A stretch of DNA of 64,000 nucleotides. It comes from Macrostomum lignano. Lineage: Eukaryota. Made by a program: the position numbers and the translations under genes. Shown here piece after piece: positions 36,696 to 64,000 of the stretch. The notes below the pieces were generated by a model. It ran no database searches and was not told the origin of the DNA. It saw only the letters and a list, made by a program, of their open reading frames with translations. Within the stretch, counting starts at the first letter, position 1. The number at the start of each line of letters is the position of its first letter. Location of the stretch: the NCBI GenBank assembly GCA_002269645.1, contig NIVC01000591.1, forward strand, positions 1 to 64,000, read 5' to 3'.

Positions 36696-38151
36696 AAAAT
36701 TGATTTGCCATGCTTAGACAACTTTCAGCGAAATGCTTTAGTTCTCTTCTAACTACTCTCGAATAATTTCGCAATTTAGAATTCATATTTGTACATTTAT
36801 TTTTGTTAATTTACAGTATGTTCAACTCTGTTTAAGACAGGACAGTTCGTACGGTTAGAATTCTTTTGAAGGCAAAAGTTTTTCGAAAACTTAATAAATT
36901 GTACTCGATGCATCTTACAATTTGTTTAATCGAAGTAAAAATTCACTTCGATTTAATCCTTCATAAAGATTTCTTAGAATCGAAGTTTCCTGTTTTCGTA
37001 CTTCATAAATGCACTTTTAAAGGCTCTATGTATGTTGTTTGTCTTTACTCGAGTATTTAATAAGCATATAATAGCTTAGCTACAAATTAACAAATGCTAC
37101 TAAAGTTAATCGTTGAAAGGAAATCTCATAACACCGTTAATGACGGTTTTTATTGTTTCTTTTGGCTAAGTACAGGTTGAACTTAAAATGTTTTCAAACT
37201 ACGCTTCACTTCAACAGTCACATTTTTTTTCGTTTGTCCAATATTCCTTCAAAATTTCCGTCCTCGCTATAAGTGTAAGCTAGTATAATTATTAAATTAG
37301 TGATTTTAATATGTGTATTAAAAATCCTAGAAATTATGTTGCTTTAATTTGCTGGTCAAATTTTAAGCGTTCAAATTTGATTTGTTCTATTTACACCGCT
37401 GGTCGTTAAAACACGCTTTCAGTGAATTTCAACTATTGCGATATTTATAGATATTGGTTGAGCTTTACTAGGAAGTTTGGCGCCCAACGCATTCGCTTTG
37501 TAATTTCGTTTCACGCGCTGCATTCGCTGTGTAAAAAAAGTTGAAAATAAAACATGCAAGCCAAGTTTCGCTTCTGAATGAGCTGTGCGAGTACAGTTGT
37601 ACCGAAGCACTTCTAATTGTTTGTTTATTCACAGAGGTCTAATAAAAAACTCGACAAAATTTTTATTTTTGGTTTGATTTTTTTGAATTACAACGAATAT
37701 TTCTTTCGATCGAACATATTTATAACATGTATTCGCGAACAAAATGTCACGAATTGCAGAAATTGATTTGTTTATATGAGGTCATTGTGCGGTTTCCATT
37801 TAACCAGCAGTAGACTATACTCTTGCTCCGAAAATATTTTATAAATGAAAATACTTAGCGTGAAGTTTCTCTTGTTTATAAGCATAGCGCACGAACCAAC
37901 CACTAGGCTAACAAAGGGCAGTTATGATTATGCTTCTAATATAGATGGGCAGCGGTTTAACTAAAACATCCGAGCGCATGAGGTCAACATGAATCTCTGC
38001 TAAATACAGATAATCTCTATATATTAGGATCATGCGAGTGGGTAAAAGTACATTTTGATGCAATTCGTCAGTTTAACTGGGACAGATTTTTAATTCATCG
38101 ATATGAAGTTTTAAAGAAACAGTGCTTTATCATGAGGTAATCAGCGCAGTT

Positions 38152-40721
<2,570 letters not shown>

Positions 40722-41105
40722 ATTGGATATTTCGAATGTTTTAGTTTCGAATAGCAAACAGCCACTGGGTCAGAATGCGAGTGAGGGAGTGAGCGAGTGA
40801 GGAGAGGCCGCTGAGTTGCCGGTTTTATCCTGCCGGCTCCGAGGAGGGGGGATGGGGAGAAAGAGGGGGGAGAGAACAGGGGACGCAAATGCCATGAATG
40901 GAACGCGGGGAAATCTTGGTTAGAGAATAGCTGGCCGCTCAAGGAGTTCGCTAATCCTGCAGAATGTAGATTTTGGATTGCAAGACTTCCGCTAGACACG
41001 GAAGCTCATTGACGAAATATCTGACGAAAAATAAAATGAAATTTTTATTCAGTTCTTGACAGAGTTAGCGCACGATTCGGACCTCAATGAAACTAGCTAC
41101 GAGTT

Positions 41106-43290
41106 TGTAACATCAGTCAGCTCCATCTCCCATTCCAGATGTGGGCTTCATAGTACTCCAGGGCCAGAATCACGCAAAAGCTGCGCGCTAATCTGCATTC
41201 CGCGAGCTCGTATCACGCCACGAGCTTCAGACGCTTCCCAAGAAAATGCCCCAGCCGAAAAGATAATGCTGAGTGAGCAGTTATCCAAGAACACACCCGG
41301 ACCGCCCACGCAGAGCCATTGGGGTTCCAGGAAACCCGAAGCCCTGTCAACCGGGCCGCCTCCGGGGATCAGGAACGAGCTACGCTGGAGGGGATCAAAG
41401 GATCAACTGACGGTCGAGTTGGGAGGAGGTTGGCACTGGTGGCTCTGCGTCTATTTTTAGCGATTCTCCATACATAAGGAGCGGCTGGTCTCCTGGAGTC
41501 TGATAAAGGAGTTTTCTGACTTTACAATACCCCAGCAAACTCAAACAACTCCTCTCCAGTATGTCTTGTATTTGCCAGGAAGTGCCGGCCCCCGGCTGCT
41601 CAAAGCATTCATGCGAGGCTGGAAACAGAGCTGGGGTGACGCTTCCGCCCAGCCGTTTTTGGTTCTCAGACTGGAGCGTCTCCTTGCTCAGCCAGAGCAG
41701 GCAGGCAGTGATTGATCGTGCCCTCCAACTTCACCCAGGGCTAAAAGCAGACTCTCCGACACAAGCAGTTGACAGCGATATCTGCGGCCATTGAGTTGGC
41801 AGTCGCCATGTTTGGGGTTAAAAATAGATGCTATTTATTTTTCTCGACTTTGGTCAACTAAGCTATGAAACGTGGGTTTAAGAAACAGTTTGCTACAAAA
41901 TAATGACTGCTGAAGAAATCATGTAAATTGATAGAGGGTTATGTAACACTGATTATGTATTGGAAATTATCGATCGAGTGTCATGCATATTGATCATTGG
42001 GAATTATGTATCGGAGATCATGTATTGTGGATCATGTATTGAGATATTCGGGGATGTTCGGAAATGATCGGGGATTGAGAATCATGTATCATATTTGATC
42101 ATGTATGGTCTGCATGTATTGGAGATCATGTATTGGAAACCTTGTATCGAGTATCATGCATTATGTTTTAGGGACCATTGACCAGTTATCGGGGATCACT
42201 ATTTAAGCATATCTGGGATCGCGAGTTGTGTATTCTGCAATGTTTCTGTAGTGTGAGCATCTTTTGCGTATTCTATTAGTTAGGTTTTGCATTATTGTTA
42301 TTGAATTATTATTTTGCTTTAGTTTAGTCATGCGTTTTTGTTGTACTTTTTCTTGTTAGTTAAAATCTAAATTTGTAAACAGGCTAGAAGTCAGACGCCA
42401 ATTGTGACCCCAGCTTTGCGCGGCCAGCCAATCAGAACCGGCCTGGACCCCGGCACGCGGCAAGTTCCAGTTCCACCCGGCGCCGCGGGCACAGTGCAAT
42501 TCGGATTAGCGGGCGGCCGGCCAGACGACCACCACCAGGCTTGAGGGGGGGGGGGGTTTGAGGGTCTGACTCTGACTATATATGAAAGTGTATTTGGCAA
42601 TCGGATCTCGCCTTTTCTTTCCCCGGTTTTGATTTTGTCCCGGTTCCCCGGCTGTTCGCCCGATCTTTTTGGTTCGCGCTTTGAGGCGTTTGAATTCATC
42701 ACCTCGGTCCATATTTTGTTCCCCGCCCGACCGCTTCAGTCTTGTAGCGTAACGATTCGGCATCCTTGTCTGACGTCGTCGCTATCAAGCGCGGTTTAGA
42801 TAGAGACTGTCGGATCTGATCAAGTACGCGGCCTCGACCCCGAGGGCCTCAGTGTCACACTGAAGGGCAGCGCTGATAGAACTTAGTCAGTGCTCCGTTG
42901 AACGGTCCATTCGGCAGGGCTCTCGTTTGAGTGTAGGTTCTGGTTTAGGCCAGGGGTTAGGAGTCTTCTCCGTGGTCCTGTGTTCGGTTCTTCTTCTTCT
43001 TCTTCTTCAGCTGGGATCCGCTTGCCAGTTGCGTTATTAATTTATTATCGCTAATCGTTGTATCGTTATTACTCGTTATCATCAGTGTCAATTTATCTGC
43101 GCCGTGAATCGTATTGAGAACCTTGTAACCTATTATAACTTGTCAAATTAAACCGTCAATCAAGTTTAGTTATTCTTGAAATAGGATTATCACTCTCTAA
43201 ATCTTTCGGTTTGTGTTCCCTCGTGTTCTTTCTTTTCTTGTACTGTACCTGCGGCTATTGGAGAAAGACTGGTAGGACTCGCCGACAGGC
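41106..43290 (+). mobile_element. Unclassified LTR-like segment between GCH1 and the coiled-coil gene
   Basis: Starts TGTAACATC (41106). CCAAT box ~42427, TATA-like ~42577, ATTAAA ~43147. Ends not confirmed by a TSD. Confidence 0.3.
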
Positions 43291-43987
43291 GATAGGCGAT
43301 TAGGGCCAATAGCTTTAAAATCTCTGACGCTTCAAAAGTAGGTTTGTCTAGGGCCTAAATAATTGCTTATCGTGCATGCTATTTATCTAATTGCCTTTTT
43401 TATCACATTTCCAAGAGCCAATACTAAGAGCGAACTACGAGTAAAGCAAAACTGATTTAAAAACAAAGTTTTTTTTTCTATCAGCTACTGCTGGTGACAA
43501 CCGAACAGCGCTGTTCCAGTTTTGTGCAATTCCATGATCGCGTATATTCTAAATGAAATACGATTGTTATAAAAAAATAATTTCCCACTAATATTCTGAT
43601 ACGTATAGCGAAATTCTGTTGTAGACCAGCTACAAATTGTGAAACCTAAAAAATTATCATGAATCGTTGGTGCCCTAATTGAAAAATAAAATATATGTCT
43701 ATCTTCCTATCGTTACTAGTTTTATAGAAAAGTAATCGCAGACTTACATCGAGCGAATCCGTGTAAAACATACTACTGTTTGATACACTAAAGTCGGTAG
43801 TAAGTAAAATACAAGCATAAATATTTTTGCACAGTAAAGTAACCATGTGGACGCATTTTACAAGCAATGAAAAGCGACTAATTCAACTAAAATATAGATT
43901 AAAGGTGAGAAAGAACATTTCTGAGATTGATGCGTGCTGATTAAATTCGCATTAATTGTTTGTTAATCCCTTGGCTCGAAGTAAAAA

Positions 43988-58981
<14,994 letters not shown>

Positions 58982-60461
58982 TCCCTACGCAAAAACGGCA
59001 CCATCAGAGCGAGTTCTCTGCAGTTGTAGAGGCTAGTTTTGATTGATAGAATGGCAACGCTGCGACTTCGCGCTCTGGGTGCCTTCGCTTCTCGCCACGA
59101 CTGGAACAGATTGGCGCATACAGCTAAAAATGCATAACCCTTGCGCGCACGAGTTTCGTCTCTGTCTGGCTTCTCTCCTCTCTTTCCTTTCTCTCCTTTC
59201 CCTTGCCTCTAGAGGCGAGCAGCCAGAATCCAGAGCTGCAAAGGAGAGAAGAGCAAAGCCGGGGAGAGTCGGTAAGTGTGCGCGTGTGTGGAGCTGAGAA
59301 TATAAAACACAGAGAGAGAGAGTCAACCAACCATCGTGAATGGGTGTGCGCGCTCACGGACCGTTGCTCTCGCAGCTTCGGTACACAAAAGCGAAGAGAG
59401 ATGATGAAAAGGGAGAGAGCGAGAGAGCAAAGCGAAGGAGTTGCTGCTGGAGTCATGCTGGCTGAATTGGAAGAGCTGATGGGGTTTTAAGAGCAGGCCA
59501 TGGAGCCCGCCCGTGGAGCCCGTCTGCAATATTTCCCTGCTTGACAAAAATCATTTTTTTAAAAGAGCTGCATGGCTATGCAGTCGTAATTGAAATGACA
59601 GCGCCATGGCAGTGAGTACACAGAGAGGAGCGGAATCTCTGAGCACACATTGTTGAGCAAATTCTCTGCTTATGAACTCGCAGCAGTGAATGAGCCTATT
59701 AGTTCAACAAAGAATGCTCAATGAATTGCTGAAAAAAGAGATTTATCATAAATTGCACGCAATTCTGATGCGATAAAAACCTATCAGATAAGACTAAATT
59801 CCCTTCCAACTCAATGTCTGTCTAGGAAGCAACATTAATCATATAATAGAAAGCTGAACTCTTTTCTAAGATGGCCCCTTTGAGGCAGAAAATATTGGAT
59901 AAGTTATGACTCTGTTACTTATAAATTTATGAATTTCCACTAACTACTCTATCAAGATTGAACCCAAAAATCATTTGTCTAATTGTAGCATTAAAAATAT
60001 TCGCAAAACATATCGTAAAAAAATTAATTGCCTCTATATTTTTCTCACAATTTCAATGTTTATGTAGCTCATTACTACTTATACTACTTAGCTACTAATG
60101 AAGCGAGTAGTGCCTATAGCTACTTCGTATTTAAACTAGTAGTAAAAAGACTTAAAAACAAACAAACAATTTATAGCTATGCTTTTTATGCTTCAAAGCT
60201 GCTTTTTGTGGTTCAAAGAGTTCTACGAGCGTATGTTTTATTTGAAACAAAGAATTTAATCTTCTTAATCTGATTTTTAAACCCAGGTTTCGACATATTA
60301 TCTTACAACCATGAATCCAGGCAGAGGCATACGCAGGGGGCGCGGCCTCTCCCAACCGTCCCCCGCAAAGAACACTGAATGAAAGAGGTTAGTTAGTCCG
60401 TTTCATCAGAGGTTTCGATGCATGACAGGAGCTCAACTTCTGCTGCACCTCTTAGAGCCTA

Positions 60462-60770
60462 GGAGACAGGGAGCCCGAAGCATGAGACAGGGGCCCCAAG
60501 CATTAGACAGGGGCCCCAAGCATGACACAGGGGCCCCAAGCATTAGACAGGGGCCCCAAGCATGACACAGGGGCCCCAAGCATTAGACAGGGGCCCCAAG
60601 CATTAGACAGGGGCCCCAAGCATTAGACAGGGGCCCCAAGCATGACACAGGGGCCCCAAGCATTACACAGGGGCCCCAAGCATGACACAGGGGCCCCAAG
60701 CATGACACAGGGGCCCCAAGCATGACACAGGGGCCCCAAGCATGACACAGGGGCCCCAAGCATGACACAG
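60462..60770. repeat. Minisatellite, 20-bp unit GGGGCCCCAAGCATGACACA
   Basis: About 15 copies. Confidence 0.95.
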
Positions 60771-61161
60771 AAAGTGTTGAAAGTGCCAGAAAGTGTTGAA
60801 ATAAACTAATTTAGCAGAAAATAATATTGGAGACGTTTTAGGAAAAAAAAGTGCAGTGCAATATTTTTATAACAATGTGTTTTTAGTTCACTTGGCTTAT
60901 TTTTCTTGCTTAAAAAAGTTAATGACAATTTTTACGAAATATCTCGTATCTGGAAACTTTTACGAAGAAAAAGTTAAACAGTTAAACAAAATTTAGTTAC
61001 AGAAAGAGGATTTGAAATCCACATCCAAGAGTTTAATTCCTCACTAGCCATACGACGACCTCGAGAGCGTTGTGATGCATTTTACATAATGAGCTGGATC
61101 AAAGCACCCAACTTTTGACCACTGGCATCAGGGTGGAAAATTTAACAAGTTGCAGGGTGCA

Positions 61162-61425
61162 TGTGCCAGCGGCCCAGGCTCGATTCCAAGTGCAGTCGCA
61201 TAAATTTGGGGCTAAATTGGAATCTCGGCTTGGGTCTGCTCGTGCAATTAACGCCCTTGAGGGCCAACCCCCAAGGAACAGTGAAGTGTACATGCCTAAC
61301 GATGAATCAAGTTAGCGCCACTGTACACTCCTGTGTGAAAGTGTGCCTGTGCGTATGACTGCGTACGTATTGGAGGCTTGCAATGCCTCTCGTCAATGTC
61401 GCTTAAAGTGTGCCAGGGTGCACAA
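61162..61425 (+). mobile_element. tRNA-derived SINE, family A, lacking the A-box end
   Basis: TGTGCCAGCGGCCCAGGCTCGATTCCAAGTGCAGTCGCA matches the copy at 4992; ends GCCAGGGTGCACA. Confidence 0.8.
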
Positions 61426-61667
61426 AAACATGTCTCTAATAAAAAATTAAATAGATTATCAGCCTCTTTAAATAAAAGTAAAAGTTCGCTTACAGAAGCC
61501 TTGAATGGTTGAAATTTTGAGTGATTTTAGTGGTCCTTGATTAAAACTCGGTATAAAATATACACAAGCAGTGAAGACCCGTTTCTCTCCAAAAAAGAGC
61601 TAGATAATGTATACAAATAAGCTGTTTAAAAACTTTCTTAACGTGACTGACAAAGACTCAGCACGAG

Positions 61668-63077
61668 CTAATTAAACTCGACGAGTTCGAAGTACTTGCT
61701 GGCGACGAGGCCGCTAGCGGTGCCGGTCGGCCCGAAAAGCAGGCAGTCGCCGGATCCGGGAATGACCAGAGCGAAGAAGCAGTTTGGCTGCAGGTTCGTG
61801 CACCTGATCAGACATTCCATGTGAGATCTGAGTTGCAGTCCAGACCGCTGAGCCAACAGGACGCTAGATGCAGCCGAGATGCTGGACTGAGTGTCAGCGT
61901 AGAGCGAGGCACCCTTGGCCACTGGAAGTTGGATTGCAGTTAAATGTACACCTTTTTGCGTTCTATTTCGATAAAACTGCATTCAATTTCGGCAAACTGG
62001 CTTTCATTTTCGGCATCAGCTATGGCCGCACATCCAAACTGCAGCTCTGATGCGTCTGATGCGAGATGCGTCTCTTGTAGCATTTATTCCCCACTTCGGC
62101 TCGGCCATAGTCTACAGAAACGTATCTATTTGGAGTTAAATTGCATCAGGCCAAACAAATACGTCTTATAGTTTATGGCCAGACTCAAGTGAGCACTAAA
62201 TACATTATTCCTCGCTTATTTCACTTATCTACGACTGCGAACGGCTTCAGTCGCGCAACTACACCCATAGCAAGGAGTTCTATAAGAGTTTATAGAACTC
62301 CTTTTCCATAAGCTACGATTAAATCCGGCTTTGCCTTGACCAAGGAGTTCTATAATTAGCACCTGGAGTGGAAACGAGTTTTTCAGTTTTACCTCATGAG
62401 GCCAGACTAGCATTAACAGAGTCAGACAGAGCCATAGACATTCAGTGCTGGCTCCTTATTCTTTGGGCCGTATGCAGAAAGCTCTGTCTAGGGTAGTCCG
62501 GTCTTGAAAAGCTAGTCTGGACTTGGATTTGGTATGCAGAAACACAAAGTTAGACCGGTCTACTATAGACAGAACTAGGGTAGCTGGACCATAGACTATA
62601 GACTGAACTACCCAAGTCCGGACTAGCTAGTTAGTAATATATTAGTATATAAATAATATAGAAAATTAGTTTGATATCAATTTCAAACTAATTTTCAGTT
62701 GAATCGAAAAAAACTTGGAACATTTTAAATATTTCTAATGCATTTTGAGGCGAAATTAATACAATTTGGGAGTTTAGAGGCCTTCTGCTACAGCTGTACA
62801 GAGGAAACTGCATGTAAAAAATTCAGAAAAAACTCAGATATTCATGTTGACATGCTCTCACAGGCGAAAATGTCGATCTCGGTTATGTGGATGTAGCGAA
62901 GGTTCGGGTCCATGCCTGAAGCATTCATGTACATCGTAAAGTACCTGCCAACGATGGGCCTCGTGCAGGTGATGTTGATTGGGTTTTCCTCAACAGTTGG
63001 GACGTTGGTGTAGTAGAAACAAATTCCAAAAAGGTTTTTGTTGAATGCGGTCCACACAGAGGGGTTGTTGGTGACGC
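61668..63077 (-). CDS. 3' part of a probably secreted protein: F-type lectin/discoidin-like exon followed by a PAN/apple-like exon
   Basis: Exon 63077-62862 (INITCTRPIVGRYFTMY...YIHITEIDIF, typical of the F-type lectin C-terminal half) splices in phase 1 to exon 61921-61668 (SHMECLIRCTNLQPNCFFALV...GDCLL). Upstream exons not resolved. Confidence 0.62.
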
Positions 63078-63812
63078 CTGCAGAGAAAGTGTAGCATAAA
63101 TGGAGGACCAGGTGTTTTGTAGCGCAAAAGTTTATCTTATAATCTGTCGAAACATCAGTTCAAAGAGTTGGCGGGTAGAGAGGAAAGAATGTAAAGCTTT
63201 GCACGAGTATTTGGTGTGTAGAGTTAATTTTGCGCACTGACTGTTAAATAAAAACTCTGAATAGGTTCACGGATGAGGTCCCGGATCCGTGGTTAGTAAG
63301 TACGAGCAGGACAGTGAAGGAGTAGCAGAAACGGTTAGCAAACATTTGGTCGACTTACATCAAAGCAGTGGTCTCTCATTTTTGACTTGTCTCTGCGTAG
63401 AGAAGAAATCGAACGCAGGATTAACTTGTGTATAGTTAGATTTAATTAATAAGCGTATATTTTCAAGACGGAACATTGTCAGGAATAAAAATTGGGACAA
63501 AAAATTACGCACGTGCACAAACAGCTTGAATAAAGGAAAAAAACGAAGCACTTGCTGCTATTGCGAGTTACTACAAGGCAAAATACGCTCGTAATGTATT
63601 TATGATTTAAATCTTCAGAACTAAAACAAGACAAACTAAATGTATCTTCAAGGCATACTACGTTCATCAGATGAAAAAATTGAAGATTAAATGAATTATC
63701 AGTTCATAGCTAAACAACTTAGAAAACTTCGGGCATTTCGCTGCAAAATGTACTTGTTCATTCATGGACTTCGCAGCATTTGTCACATTTGCTTCTATCC
63801 ATTGTCTAAAAA

Positions 63813-64000
63813 TTAGTTGAGCAGCTGGTTGATGACATCGGCGGTCAAGTAGAAGTTGGGCACGGCCAGCATCTTCACGGTGCCGTTGATTTTGGAGTAC
63901 GAGCCAGTCACATCACGCCAACCGATCTTCATGCAGAAGTTCTCGATTTCGGGAATGTTTCCGTAAAAGATAGACACTTGGTTGTCGGGAATGAAGGACC
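63813..64000 (-). CDS. C-terminal 61 codons of an unidentified gene entering from the right edge
   Basis: Open minus-strand frame SFIPDNQVSIFYGNIPEIENFCMKIGWRDVTGSYSKINGTVKMLAVPNFYLTADVINQLLN* with C/G-ending codons. Absent from the ORF track because no start codon lies in the window. Confidence 0.7.
   Translation of the reverse strand, partial: SFIPDNQVSIFYGNIPEIENFCMKIGWRDVTGSYSKINGTVKMLAVPNFYLTADVINQLLN

Noticed and set aside
61975-62080. MLQETHL frame resembling an APE endonuclease motif
   Set aside because: A single short motif with no other endonuclease blocks, inside a predicted intron.

Overview
Intron-rich, repeat-rich metazoan genomic DNA, not prokaryotic. The density of intronic simple repeats resembles the flatworm Macrostomum, but that is an inference from pattern only. 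Host genes reconstructed by hand from GT-AG sites and frame continuity: a 4-exon melatonin-receptor-like class A GPCR (11729-13025, -); a divergent Ser/Thr kinase with an intronless CDS (21543-23135, +); CEP89 (at least 14 exons, 27916-36695, +, 5' end not resolved); GTP cyclohydrolase I (4 exons, 38152-40721, -); a 21-exon, ~1559-aa coiled-coil gene whose 20 introns are all phase 0 (43988-58981, -); an F-type-lectin-like plus PAN/apple-like gene fragment (61668-63077, -); and the 3' end of an unidentified gene at the right edge. Mobile DNA: a decayed LOA/R1-like LINE split by an RTE-like LINE, a 5'-truncated RT-RNase H LINE, a Tc1 DD34E transposon with TIRs, two tRNA-derived SINE families (one with a CORE domain), two short retroposed fragments with clear target-site duplications, and several unclassified LTR-like segments. 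Two patterns stand out. Nearly every larger intron carries its own tandem array, sometimes built from splice-site sequence. TAC-[spacer]-GTA quasi-palindromes recur across the window and match expected Tc1/mariner excision footprints.
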